Translations under genes and position numbers: made by a program
Part shown: one piece after another, positions 1-8,720 of the stretch
Position numbering within the stretch: the stretch's first letter is position 1
Layout: each line of letters begins with the position of its first letter
From: a virus
Lineage: Duplodnaviria; Caudoviricetes
Direction: 5' to 3' (one strand)
Virus record (IMG/VR): IMGVR_UViG_3300044623_001154
Location: 1-64,000 of that record
Length of the DNA stretch: 64,000 bases
Notes under the pieces: model-generated
What the model was told of the DNA's origin: nothing
Database searches by the model: none
What the model saw: only the letters and a program-made list of their open reading frames with translations

Positions 1-31
1 GGATGATGAAAGACAAGAGTTAATAAAATCA

Positions 32-763
32 ATGAGTGTTAATAATGATATTAATTATGATGATTTAATAAGTCGACTTGGTGATGATGATGCGACTATT
101 AGTATGGATGATTTATTTAGTTTAAAAGAATCAATACGAAAAGTATTAAGGGAAGAGGTTGAGAGGAAATATCTTAAACCATCACCAAATTCTGAAAAGT
201 TAATTTACGAAATATTAAACAAACTTTTCTCAGGTGCTGATATGTATTACGAAAAAGTTTCGAAAGCCAGACACGATTTTGATTTCTGTAAAAATGGTAA
301 GCGAATTATCGAATTTATAATGTATTTTGATAATGATGATGACGCATGGGAAGATAAAAGGGCTTCAACAGAAAGGAATTTCCGAGAAGGTAACGTTCTA
401 ATATATCGTGAAACAATTGATGATATATTAAAACATATTCCTATTAGAAGAAATTATTTAAAACATATTTTTGATGAATGGTTTGAAGAAACATACTTAG
501 ATATGATACATGAAAAAATGGGACGTAATGATATAACAATTGACACAATTGATGAATTAACAGGTAGACCTGATGTTTGTGTTCCAACCCAAACAAAACC
601 TGATGAAATTACCGATGAGGAAATGATTGAGTATATTATGAAAAATACTTTATATCGTAGGGAACATATTGAAAAAAATGAATCGGAAGAGCCAGGTTGG
701 ATTGAAGATTTATATTTGAAAAAACTTCGTAAGAATAAACATGATGAGCTGAGAGGATATTAA
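32..763 (+). CDS. Hypothetical phage protein, acidic; contains the W-F-x-E paralog-family domain
   Basis: 243-aa ORF; motif HIFDEWFEETY resembles C-terminal motifs of several other ORFs in the window. Confidence 0.75.
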   Translation: MSVNNDINYDDLISRLGDDDATISMDDLFSLKESIRKVLREEVERKYLKPSPNSEKLIYEILNKLFSGADMYYEKVSKARHDFDFCKNGKRIIEFIMYFDNDDDAWEDKRASTERNFREGNVLIYRETIDDILKHIPIRRNYLKHIFDEWFEETYLDMIHEKMGRNDITIDTIDELTGRPDVCVPTQTKPDEITDEEMIEYIMKNTLYRREHIEKNESEEPGWIEDLYLKKLRKNKHDELRGY

Positions 764-809
764 TTTAAAATAATATGCGAGGGATAATGAAAGTTATCCC
801 TTTTTTTAT

Positions 810-817
810 TATATTTG
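810..817 (+). promoter_or_regulatory. Bacteroidota sigma70-type -7 element (TATATTTG), early/host-RNAP promoter class
   Basis: TAnnTTTG immediately upstream of ATG 822, after a terminator hairpin; same element near 3324, 26731, 41191, 47291, 48280, 55516, 56247 and on the minus strand near 46382 and 60183. Confidence 0.7.
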
Positions 818-821
818 ACCT

Positions 822-1049
822 ATGGAAACGACAGACATCAAAGTAGGCAACGAATTTAACCCTTTTGGGTTGTCATATTGGAGAAATTCTTCAAAACCTT
901 ATAGTATTGAAGAGTATAAAGGTTATCATCCAAACATTATGGAAATTACCAACACTCTAAAAATCACTAAAATTGAAGGTGACGCACTTATTTTTAATGA
1001 TGGTGAGTATATTATTGACAAGAAATATTTTAATAAAACAAAAATATGA
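822..1049 (+). CDS. Small hypothetical protein
   Basis: ORF after promoter; overlaps next start codon. Confidence 0.65.
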   Translation: METTDIKVGNEFNPFGLSYWRNSSKPYSIEEYKGYHPNIMEITNTLKITKIEGDALIFNDGEYIIDKKYFNKTKI

Positions 1050-1237
1050 CAACAGATAAAAACGGTAGAGACATCAAAGTAGGTGATTATGTTAAAGTAA
1101 TTAACCGAATTACAGGTTCAATTGAGGATTCAGGTAAGATTACCAAAATAGATGGAAGACAAGTTCATCTTGGTGTTAAGTTGATTGATATTGTAGTAAT
1201 TGATAATGTTTATTTAAGTGACCAAATTGTTAAATAA
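1046..1237 (+). CDS. Small KOW/SH3-like beta protein
   Basis: DKNGRDIKVGDYVKV motif typical of small phage SH3-like proteins. Confidence 0.6.
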   Translation: MTTDKNGRDIKVGDYVKVINRITGSIEDSGKITKIDGRQVHLGVKLIDIVVIDNVYLSDQIVK

Positions 1238-1238
1238 T

Positions 1239-1745
1239 ATGGATATTGAAAAACTAAATATGGGTGAGCTTATTGAATTAAGAAATAGAATTCAATATCG
1301 TATTGATAATTATAGTGACGGATATTTGTATATCTGTTCCGTTCGCCAATATGGAAGTGTGTGGGAAGAAAAACCTAATAACCTTTATACCCTAAGTGAC
1401 TTATGTGATTCATATTACGGTGATAATGGTATTGTTGATGTATATACCAATAACCCTAATTTAAAGTTTCCTGAAATGGAATTCTATAACTATGGGGATG
1501 TTATGTTCATTAAGACTGAATATGATTATAGAGAGTGGGTTAAATTCAATAAATCACGTAATTTAATTGATTCTATAAGAGAACAAGTTGATGCTTGGGA
1601 GGATAGAGATAATCTTCCGTTCAGGAGTAGACCTATGTTTAAACCTGTTTGGTCAAAAGAAGAATTGGAAGATGAGGTTAAAGAGTTTGAGAACAAAACG
1701 TGGGATTTTGTTGAACCTGTAAGTATGGTATTAAACGAAGAATAA
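1239..1745 (+). CDS. Hypothetical protein
   Basis: ORF 1218-1745; ATG 1239 directly after the previous stop is the likelier start. Confidence 0.7.
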   Translation: MDIEKLNMGELIELRNRIQYRIDNYSDGYLYICSVRQYGSVWEEKPNNLYTLSDLCDSYYGDNGIVDVYTNNPNLKFPEMEFYNYGDVMFIKTEYDYREWVKFNKSRNLIDSIREQVDAWEDRDNLPFRSRPMFKPVWSKEELEDEVKEFENKTWDFVEPVSMVLNEE

Positions 1746-1746
1746 T

Positions 1747-1941
1747 ATGAAGAAATACAATTTAATAGTGCTCGCAGGTTATACACATTGGACCGTCTCA
1801 GTATTTGCGACCAAATTTCGCAACACAACAAATGATAGTTCAAGTTCAGGGTTTTACTCATTTTATGATGAGAACATACTTGTTGCTTGTTACCCAATTG
1901 AAAAGACAATAATAACAGGTATAGAAGAAATGGAAGAGTAA
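1747..1941 (+). CDS. Small hypothetical protein
   Basis: Tightly packed in operon. Confidence 0.6.
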   Translation: MKKYNLIVLAGYTHWTVSVFATKFRNTTNDSSSSGFYSFYDENILVACYPIEKTIITGIEEMEE

Positions 1942-1942
1942 T

Positions 1943-2158
1943 ATGAGAAAATTAATATTAGTAATCTTAGTGGGGATATTACTATCCTGTGATGATGGAT
2001 TCAAACACGAAATTGGGGATGTAACAACTTATAAGTTATATAGTAACCGAGTATTGATATTGGATACTTTAACTAAAAACGGAAAACCTTACTATAAAAT
2101 ACAAGCCGAACCTGATTGTAATAGTTGTAAAGAAGCGTCTGAATTAGAATTAAATTAA
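1943..2158 (+). CDS. Putative lipoprotein
   Basis: MRKLILVILVGILLSC: basic N-terminus, hydrophobic stretch, lipobox Cys followed by acidic residues. Confidence 0.6.
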   Translation: MRKLILVILVGILLSCDDGFKHEIGDVTTYKLYSNRVLILDTLTKNGKPYYKIQAEPDCNSCKEASELELN

Positions 2159-2352
2159 TGGGTAAAAACAAACACGTATCACTTAGAAAGATAACAACCC
2201 GTAATTCAAATGACGATGAGGTTGTTATTTTCGAACAAAACCACTATAATGAATGGGCATACACGGTAATGCAAGTTAATGGTAAAGAAGTTAATGATGG
2301 TGCTTGGGATTATCTTTCAAGTGCTTTAAAAGCAAGTGAGAAATATGGGTAA
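2158..2352 (+). CDS. Small hypothetical protein
   Basis: Coupled stop/start. Confidence 0.6.
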   Translation: MGKNKHVSLRKITTRNSNDDEVVIFEQNHYNEWAYTVMQVNGKEVNDGAWDYLSSALKASEKYG

Positions 2353-2560
2353 CATCGGTAAAGAAATTAAGGACTTCTACTGTAATGGTTTCGCTGGTAG
2401 AAGATATGATTTAACAGGTAGTATTATTGAAGCCGAAGGTGAAGATTGGGTTGTTATTAGAACTGATGAAGGTGAACCAATCTTTATGAACCTACAAGAT
2501 GGAGATAAACAAGAATATGTTAATGATTGGACCAAATTTAATTATGATGAAGAAATTTAA
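2345..2560 (+). CDS. Small hypothetical protein
   Basis: ATG 2345 overlaps previous gene end. Confidence 0.6.
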   Translation: MGNIGKEIKDFYCNGFAGRRYDLTGSIIEAEGEDWVVIRTDEGEPIFMNLQDGDKQEYVNDWTKFNYDEEI

Positions 2561-2635
2561 TACGTACACCAACTACAAAACCTATACTTTGCATTAACAG
2601 GAGAAGAACTTTTATTAAAAGAATATGAAAAATAA
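2561..2635 (+). pseudogene. Orphan C-terminal fragment YVHQLQNLYFALTGEEL...
   Basis: In frame directly after the TAA at 2558-2560; I recall this motif as a C-terminus of Bacteroidota phage proteins. Confidence 0.5.
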
Positions 2636-2984
2636 AATGCTTATAGTGGACGATGAGGAGGACATCTTAATATTCTTATCTCATCACTTCAATAAAAATG
2701 GTTTCGATGTTACAACATCATTAGATGGTTCCATAGGTTTATCTGAATTTAAAAAGAAAAAATTTGATATTGTTATAACTGATATACGTATGCCAAATAT
2801 GGATGGTATAGAAATGTGTGGTGAGATAAAAAAACAAGATGATACTACACCAATCATATTTTTAACTGCGGTTACGGATGATTATAAAATATTACATGCA
2901 ATGAGAACAGGTGCGTCCCAATTTGTTGATAAACCAATCAAACTAGATGAACTAACAGATATTGTTAATAATTTGGTTAATTAA
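2625..2984 (+). CDS. Single-domain response regulator (CheY-like receiver)
   Basis: LIVDDE, DIVITDIRMPNMDG (phospho-Asp), IIFLTA, FVDKP. Confidence 0.92.
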   Translation: MKNKMLIVDDEEDILIFLSHHFNKNGFDVTTSLDGSIGLSEFKKKKFDIVITDIRMPNMDGIEMCGEIKKQDDTTPIIFLTAVTDDYKILHAMRTGASQFVDKPIKLDELTDIVNNLVN

Positions 2985-3073
2985 AATTGTGAAAAAATGA
3001 GTGACGACAAAGAATTAAAAGAAGTAATCAGTGGTTGGTTAGATGATGATGGTTGTTTAATCCTGAGAAGAAT

Positions 3074-3271
3074 ATGAACATATCAAGATTAACATTGATA
3101 AACGCCGAATTTAACCAATGGAACGGATTTAACTTTTCATTGGGTGGGGTTGAACTAAATTTCGGTAATAAAACATTTGAGGGTGATTTATTATCATTAT
3201 CCTTTTCAAGGGACCACTTTATAATCGGATTGTGTTTTTTTGATATAATAATTTCAAAACCAATACATTAA
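3074..3271 (+). CDS. Small hypothetical protein
   Basis: ORF 3053-3271, first ATG at 3074. Confidence 0.5.
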   Translation: MNISRLTLINAEFNQWNGFNFSLGGVELNFGNKTFEGDLLSLSFSRDHFIIGLCFFDIIISKPIH

Positions 3272-3345
3272 AACTTAAAAGAAATATAATTCAATCCCCA
3301 ATGATAAGTTGGGGTTTTTTTATTATATTTGTAAAAAAAGAAAAT

Positions 3346-3564
3346 ATGGGACTAATAATTTTTATCGCAGTACTTCTAACGTTAATCAATATCGTTATGA
3401 CTAAACAACTAACTAGCTTGCTAATACATAGCAGACTTGACACCCAATTCTTTTATAGATTATGTCTAATCCCTCCAATTGGGATTGTAACATATTGTTT
3501 AGCTATTATTGTAATAGTCATAACAGTTTTAATATTCACGGTTATGGATATTTGGTATAAATAA
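3346..3564 (+). CDS. Small two-TM membrane protein
   Basis: Two hydrophobic stretches; follows a TATATTTG promoter. Confidence 0.6.
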   Translation: MGLIIFIAVLLTLINIVMTKQLTSLLIHSRLDTQFFYRLCLIPPIGIVTYCLAIIVIVITVLIFTVMDIWYK

Positions 3565-3647
3565 TTTAAAGAAAAGATTATGGCGGTAATTGGAATTATA
3601 ATGGTGGTATTATTCATCAAAGGTGTGTTATTCTTAGATAAAAAATT

Positions 3648-4514
3648 ATGAGTTATCCTGAAACATTTAAAAAAGGGTTTATTACTGAGATTGAGAAAGA
3701 ACTCAAAAAATGTGAGATAATCTATAACCCAAACACAAAAGGTATTTGGTTTGTTAACCGAGAAGAAAAATATTGGTACTTAGAATATAAAATAGAAAGT
3801 AACTATCTATGGTGGAGATATGAATTTTTTAATATGTTAAAAACCTTATTTTCTATGCCTGATGAGGTATTTAATGATGTAATCTCTGAGTGGGTGGAAG
3901 ACACCCTAAATTGTAAGGTACTCTCAATCCACCACGTGTATTTTACATCTTCCACATTGGTGGAAGAGACCCTAAATTGTAAGGTACTCAAAATAGATGA
4001 AAGAAATTTCCCCCAAAATAAATTGGTGGAAGACACCCTAAATGGTAAGGTAGTCACAACTTGGTTGACTCCAGCAGAAAAAAATCCTTGGGTGGAAGAA
4101 ACCCTAAATATTAAGGTAGATTCAATGTGTGGTAGAAATGATGATTGGAATGAACAGGTGGAAGAAACACTAATTTGTAAGGTACTCAAAACAATAAGAA
4201 GAGACGGTTTTAAAGAATCTTCGGTGGAAGACACACTAAATTGTAAGGTACTCACAACGGCCCATTTCGAAAGTAAATCCTTGTTCAGGGTGGAAGAAAC
4301 CCTAAATTGTAAGGTACTCAAAACAAATCTAAAAAACACTGCAGATATATATGCGGTGGAAGAGACCCTAAATTGTAAGGTACTCAAAACTAGGTATGAG
4401 CTACAAAACGATGGGATAAAGGTGGAACAGACCCTAAATTGTAAGGTAGTCTCAACACAGAACCATTCATTAAAACAAATTGAATTGGTGGAAGAGACAC
4501 TAAATTTAAAATAA
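3648..4514 (+). CDS. Phage paralog-family domain fused in frame to a translated CRISPR-like array (22-aa repeats VEETLNCKVLKT + 10 variable aa)
   Basis: 288-aa ORF; unique N-terminal ~80 aa, then 9 full 66-nt units; stop codon lies inside the terminal repeat. Confidence 0.8.
   Translation: MSYPETFKKGFITEIEKELKKCEIIYNPNTKGIWFVNREEKYWYLEYKIESNYLWWRYEFFNMLKTLFSMPDEVFNDVISEWVEDTLNCKVLSIHHVYFTSSTLVEETLNCKVLKIDERNFPQNKLVEDTLNGKVVTTWLTPAEKNPWVEETLNIKVDSMCGRNDDWNEQVEETLICKVLKTIRRDGFKESSVEDTLNCKVLTTAHFESKSLFRVEETLNCKVLKTNLKNTADIYAVEETLNCKVLKTRYELQNDGIKVEQTLNCKVVSTQNHSLKQIELVEETLNLK
3893..4514 (+). CRISPR. CRISPR-like array: 10 repeats (consensus GGTGGAAGAVACCCTAAATTGTAAGGTACTCAMAAC, 36 nt) and 9 unique 30-nt spacers; no cas genes in window
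   Basis: Repeats start at 3893, 3959, 4025, 4091, 4157, 4223, 4289, 4355, 4421, 4487 (exact 66-nt period); spacers mutually unrelated; internal dyad ACCCTA..TAAGGT; last repeat truncated. Confidence 0.75.
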
Positions 4515-4570
4515 CGAGGGCAAATCTTACCCCTATTAAAATAACGAGAGTAATAAATACATCTGAAATT

Positions 4571-4807
4571 ATGACACAGGAAGACGCAAACGAATTAAAT
4601 AAAGAACAAGCATTAGAGGAGGGAAGACAACTAGCATTCCCATTATCAACAGGGTCAGGTTATCCTATTACAGGATTAACCAAAAGAGAATATATGGCAA
4701 CACAACTAATGGTGGGTTTACTATCAAACGGTCATAAAAAAGAAATTGCCGCAGGTCTCGCAGTTCAAGCAACCGAATTATTATTAATAGAACTAAATAA
4801 AAAATAA
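4571..4807 (+). CDS. Conserved small phage protein
   Basis: AFP...GLTKREY.ATQ.M.GLL...AV...D/ELL.EL motif common in phage hypotheticals. Confidence 0.7.
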   Translation: MTQEDANELNKEQALEEGRQLAFPLSTGSGYPITGLTKREYMATQLMVGLLSNGHKKEIAAGLAVQATELLLIELNKK

Positions 4808-4946
4808 TGAAAACACCGAAAGAAGTATTAGATGAGTTTATCATCGGAATGCCTGATGAAGATTGTATGAAAGGATTCATCATAAAAGCAATGGAAGAGT
4901 ACGCCAAATTATATCACGAAGAACAATTAACTAAAAATTAAAAACA

Positions 4947-5129
4947 ATGATTACACTAACAATACTTTCAATAATATACTCAATCTTCGGATTGATGAGG
5001 TTTAAAAAAATATATGGACATTATAACGTTTATGATGAAGAGATGAAAGGGTGGACCTTGTTAGTCGCAATGACCACAATATACTCAAGTTTGATGGGAA
5101 TGGTGTTCATAGTAAAATACTTACCATAA
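4947..5129 (+). CDS. Small two-TM membrane protein
   Basis: Hydrophobic N- and C-terminal segments. Confidence 0.6.
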   Translation: MITLTILSIIYSIFGLMRFKKIYGHYNVYDEEMKGWTLLVAMTTIYSSLMGMVFIVKYLP

Positions 5130-5195
5130 CAACCCCGCGAAGGAATCACAGTTCAATATATCACAGACTTCAGTGGCAATGAACATACCAAAATA

Positions 5196-5720
5196 ATGAA
5201 CGCTATGAATCAAGAACATAAAGAAGCAATAATTAATTATGTAAATGAATTAGGACTAACCGATACCCTAACCATTGTCGGGGGGAACAAAGATATTATT
5301 AGAAAAGCATATATAGATAATCCTGAAAGATATATGGATTACCTAATTGGTAATCTACTTAAAGACCACCAACCTATTAATGATGAAATATATTTCTATA
5401 AACCAATAGTAATTGGTGGGTATAATAATTATGAGGTTATATTCGAATGTAAAAGACCTGACTATGAATTTAAACTTAATGGTGACCTTTATGTTAGTCG
5501 GCGTATATGGAACTACTTCTATGTTAATATTATGTGTTTTACCACTAAAGAAATAGAAAACACAATCAAATCATGGATAACTAAAAATATCCCTGACCTA
5601 AGTTCATTAACTCCTGTATGTAAACAACCTAATTTATCTTTCTCAGCATCAACCATGGGTTATCGTGAAATTAGTTTCGAAGATGAATATATGGTTTTAC
5701 CAAGTAATCACAGAATATGA
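5196..5720 (+). CDS. Hypothetical protein, tandem paralog of 5717-6172
   Basis: Shares MNQEHK..IIN.VN..G...TL.I.GG.KDIIRK.YIDNPE..DYLIGNL and IWNYFY with the next gene. Confidence 0.75.
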   Translation: MNAMNQEHKEAIINYVNELGLTDTLTIVGGNKDIIRKAYIDNPERYMDYLIGNLLKDHQPINDEIYFYKPIVIGGYNNYEVIFECKRPDYEFKLNGDLYVSRRIWNYFYVNIMCFTTKEIENTIKSWITKNIPDLSSLTPVCKQPNLSFSASTMGYREISFEDEYMVLPSNHRI

Positions 5721-6172
5721 ACCAAGAACATAAAAACACCATAATCAATATGGTTAACGATATAGGAATCAGTAACACCTTAGACATAATCGGGGGTGAT
5801 AAAGATATTATCAGAAAAGTATATATAGATAATCCTGAATCTTATCTCGACTACTTAATAGGTAACCTATATCCAATGAAAGATTCATACGGATTAAATC
5901 GGTGGGTATATGAATATAAAGTTAATGTACTACACTATGAAGATAGTACAGATACGATTCTTATTGATGATTATATATGGAACTACTTCTATAAAAGTGT
6001 TATGCAATTTGATGATAGAACTATAGAATCCATACTCACTAAATGGTTATGTAAACACTACCCAAAACTATCCGAAAGAAAACCAATACCATATACTGAT
6101 TGGTGGGATGTGGATAAAAAAATAAATGCTCTTGCTGATGAATACAAATATTTTATGGGTTATAATCAATAA
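5717..6172 (+). CDS. Hypothetical protein, tandem paralog of 5196-5720
   Basis: See previous entry. Confidence 0.75.
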   Translation: MNQEHKNTIINMVNDIGISNTLDIIGGDKDIIRKVYIDNPESYLDYLIGNLYPMKDSYGLNRWVYEYKVNVLHYEDSTDTILIDDYIWNYFYKSVMQFDDRTIESILTKWLCKHYPKLSERKPIPYTDWWDVDKKINALADEYKYFMGYNQ

Positions 6173-7075
6173 TAATTAATGTAAACTACATATAAGATTA
6201 AACTATTTATTCCTAACTCCCGTTCCGTTTACACTCCACTACGTTATCCATTCATACTCTAATCATATATGTAGTTTCTCCTGTTCATTATATATAACCG
6301 TTCATTGTCACTGAACATACAATCCTACTGAACACTTTCCCCCCATTTAATCAAGACCCCCTTTTTACTATCAGACCTTACCATAGATTAACTATATCCC
6401 ATTATGATGGGGATTATATCAAATAACATATAAAAGTACACCACAGGTGTTAATTGTATGTTTATACATATAATCCCCCTTTAATAGGACTTATAGTAAG
6501 TTATACGAATTTCACTATGTAAGAATTCCTTACTAACTCAGGTTCCACCTGTTTACACTAACCTCTTTACTGTAACTTTTTTAACTGTCCTAATATAATA
6601 TAATCTGATGAGGTGTCTGTCATTTTGTCCCACTAATTACCACCATAAATGGTCCGTTGAAGATACTTTCCTAACACACTACGTGTTCACACGCCTCCTG
6701 TACCTTAAACTAGAATATTTGCTGGGTTTTATATATAGTAAATAAACTAGACCTACAGACCCCTACAGAGGGGATTTATTGGTCACTACACTATCAACAA
6801 CCAAACATCCGAACTAAAAAAATGGGGGTTGTGGTAAGAAGTGGGAACCCAAATACCCGTCAAGCGATTATCCCCATCCCCAAGCACGACTGACATTTTG
6901 TCAAAAACAAGTTTTTTAACATAAAAAGTTATTAACAATTCCCCACTGTCATAGTGTCAGGTCCATTTCCCCCAATAAAGTTATCAACATTAATGGTGTT
7001 CATAAGTCACATTTACTGTACCATCAGGAAAGTTATCAACTTGACATACTGTCAGGTGTTAATATATTTATATAT

Positions 7076-7375
7076 ATGGAAATATTAAATGACTTCGGAA
7101 TAGAAATAAAAGATGAAACCCCAAAGATAAGTGTGAACTATACCAATGGGGATTATACAGGAACCTGTGTATACGAGATAGTAGAAAAGGTGGGAACTAA
7201 TAAACCAATCAGACAGACCATTATAATCCTGACCCACTCAGATATGGGGGAAGTAATTGACTATTGGAATACTAAGGAGAAATTAAATGAAGAGAACTAT
7301 AATGAAGTATCTACTTCAATCAGGAGACACTCTCGTCAGATGGTGGATGAATATCTTCAAGGTCAGTCTCACTAA
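7076..7375 (+). CDS. Hypothetical protein
   Basis: ORF preceded by TATTTATA. Confidence 0.6.
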   Translation: MEILNDFGIEIKDETPKISVNYTNGDYTGTCVYEIVEKVGTNKPIRQTIIILTHSDMGEVIDYWNTKEKLNEENYNEVSTSIRRHSRQMVDEYLQGQSH

Positions 7376-7556
7376 CCACATGTCTGTTCCACCATACACG
7401 TAGTCTATGACCTTCAGGTAAACTCCTGAAGGTTACATCCAAGATGTAAAACACCCCAATGAATGAGGCCATAACCAACCATATAATAAAAAGTATCTTC
7501 ATATATAAATTATAATCAATTATAGTGGGGAAATCAAATCTTTGTTGTATATTCAT
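7320..7556 (-). CDS. Small single-TM protein (start probably internal, MKILFII)
   Basis: Hydrophobic helix; convergent with the 7076 gene. Confidence 0.45.
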   Translation of the reverse strand: MNIQQRFDFPTIIDYNLYMKILFIIWLVMASFIGVFYILDVTFRSLPEGHRLRVWWNRHVVSETDLEDIHPPSDESVS

Positions 7557-7588
7557 ATTAAGTATTCACAATCTAATATGTATCAATC

Positions 7589-7729
7589 ATGGGAGCAACT
7601 GAAATAAAATATTGGTCACTACACTACCACGTGTATGTTAAGTTGGTTAATAACAAACCTGTAGACAACTGTGACCCTGAGGCAATCAACTACTTCACAT
7701 TATATATCAAAAATAATTCCCCATTCTAA
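7589..7729 (+). CDS. 46-aa hypothetical protein (not in ORF track)
   Basis: ATG GGA GCA...CCA TTC TAA followed by a hairpin. Confidence 0.35.
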   Translation: MGATEIKYWSLHYHVYVKLVNNKPVDNCDPEAINYFTLYIKNNSPF

Positions 7730-7764
7730 CGTGGGGGATTATTATTATTTGTATATTAGCATTG

Positions 7765-7925
7765 TCACTTGTGAGAACAGTTAAGACGGGCGGATATAAT
7801 TCAGTTTATATGTGGGGAGTTCTAAGGGAACCTGCTATCAACCCCCAAGGTATATGAAAGTATAAGGCAGGTTGGAGTCTACTTGCTTCTCACCTTTAAG
7901 AGTAGTCGTCTGAGGTGTCACCCCC
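7765..7925 (+). ncRNA. Candidate structured, pseudoknotted non-coding RNA
   Basis: GTGAGAA/TTCTCAC, AGACG/CGTCT, AACCTGC/GCAGGTT, TGGGG/CCCCA pairings and a GAAA tetraloop hairpin; promoter-like TTTGTATATTAG upstream; no long ORF. Confidence 0.4.
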
Positions 7926-7992
7926 AAACCATCATACAACAAAGGTGGGGATAATTATTGACATAAACTAATTCTTCAACATATTTATTGTC

Positions 7993-8463
7993 ATGGAGAC
8001 TAAATTAAATGATAAACAAATGAGAGGTATTGACATGGTCATCAATGCCATCATGAAGAAATACAAATTCCTTAAAGGGTGGGAACTATATCCTGACCAT
8101 GAAAAATATGACTCAGTGATATTCATAAACGTTATCATGGACTATCAGGAGTTTGCTGACACATACAAATACTATACGGAACCTAACAGATATACATTTA
8201 AACGTACCGCAGGAAACCCCGCTACTTACATGGGGAGAGATAAGAAAGACTATGATAGTATGTACTATGATAAAGATAAGTTACTATACGAAGAGGTTAA
8301 ACTAATCAAAGAAGACATTGAAACAAGTGCTAAAGAATTATACCATAACCTTCCTGAAGAATTCCACTCTACATTCTCCACCGAATCATTCCCCGAATCG
8401 AAACACCCAAGGTCTATTATGATTACTGAGTTCATTGATACTCACCAAGCAGAGTCTTACTGA
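7993..8463 (+). CDS. Hypothetical protein
   Basis: 156-aa ORF after TATTTAT; its stop codon overlaps a TGACATAATGTCA palindrome. Confidence 0.7.
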   Translation: METKLNDKQMRGIDMVINAIMKKYKFLKGWELYPDHEKYDSVIFINVIMDYQEFADTYKYYTEPNRYTFKRTAGNPATYMGRDKKDYDSMYYDKDKLLYEEVKLIKEDIETSAKELYHNLPEEFHSTFSTESFPESKHPRSIMITEFIDTHQAESY

Positions 8464-8569
8464 CATAATGTCAATTCCTAATTCCCCCACAATAAGTTAT
8501 TAACATCCATACCACCTGACACCATGTCATGTTGATAACTTCATTTGTATATGTCCCTGTAATTACATC

Positions 8570-8720
8570 ACCCCCATATAGAATCCCTAAGACAGGGGGA
8601 CCTATAGTAACGTGGGCTAGAGCCCCTTCCCCTGATAACCCCCCATATACCCCTATACACCCCCCCTGCCCCGTATCCCCCCTCCATATAGGGTCATTTT
8701 GGGGTCCAAAAGGGGGGATA
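8570..8720. other. C-run tract (G-quadruplex-prone on minus strand) followed by G-runs
   Basis: Seven C4-C7 runs within 8623-8682 in an AT-rich genome. Confidence 0.65.

Larger units (their letters stand above)
6891..8541. repeat. Clustered TGACAnnnTGTCA palindromes and AAGTTATYAACA boxes (origin-like)
   Basis: Palindromes at 6891, 7042, 8461, 8517 (variants 6618, 6947); boxes at 6926, 6978, 7030, 8494, inverted at 8530, variant at 6909. Confidence 0.7.

Noticed and set aside
3803-4387. 194-aa antisense ORF across the repeat array
   Set aside because: The repeat has no stop in that frame and the frame is partly stop-depleted by the sense ORF; no promoter or start context, so likely a shadow ORF.
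3893-4514. Diversity-generating retroelement VR/TR explanation for the variable segments
   Set aside because: Spacers differ at all positions rather than only at template adenines; no reverse transcriptase or matching template repeat is visible in the window.
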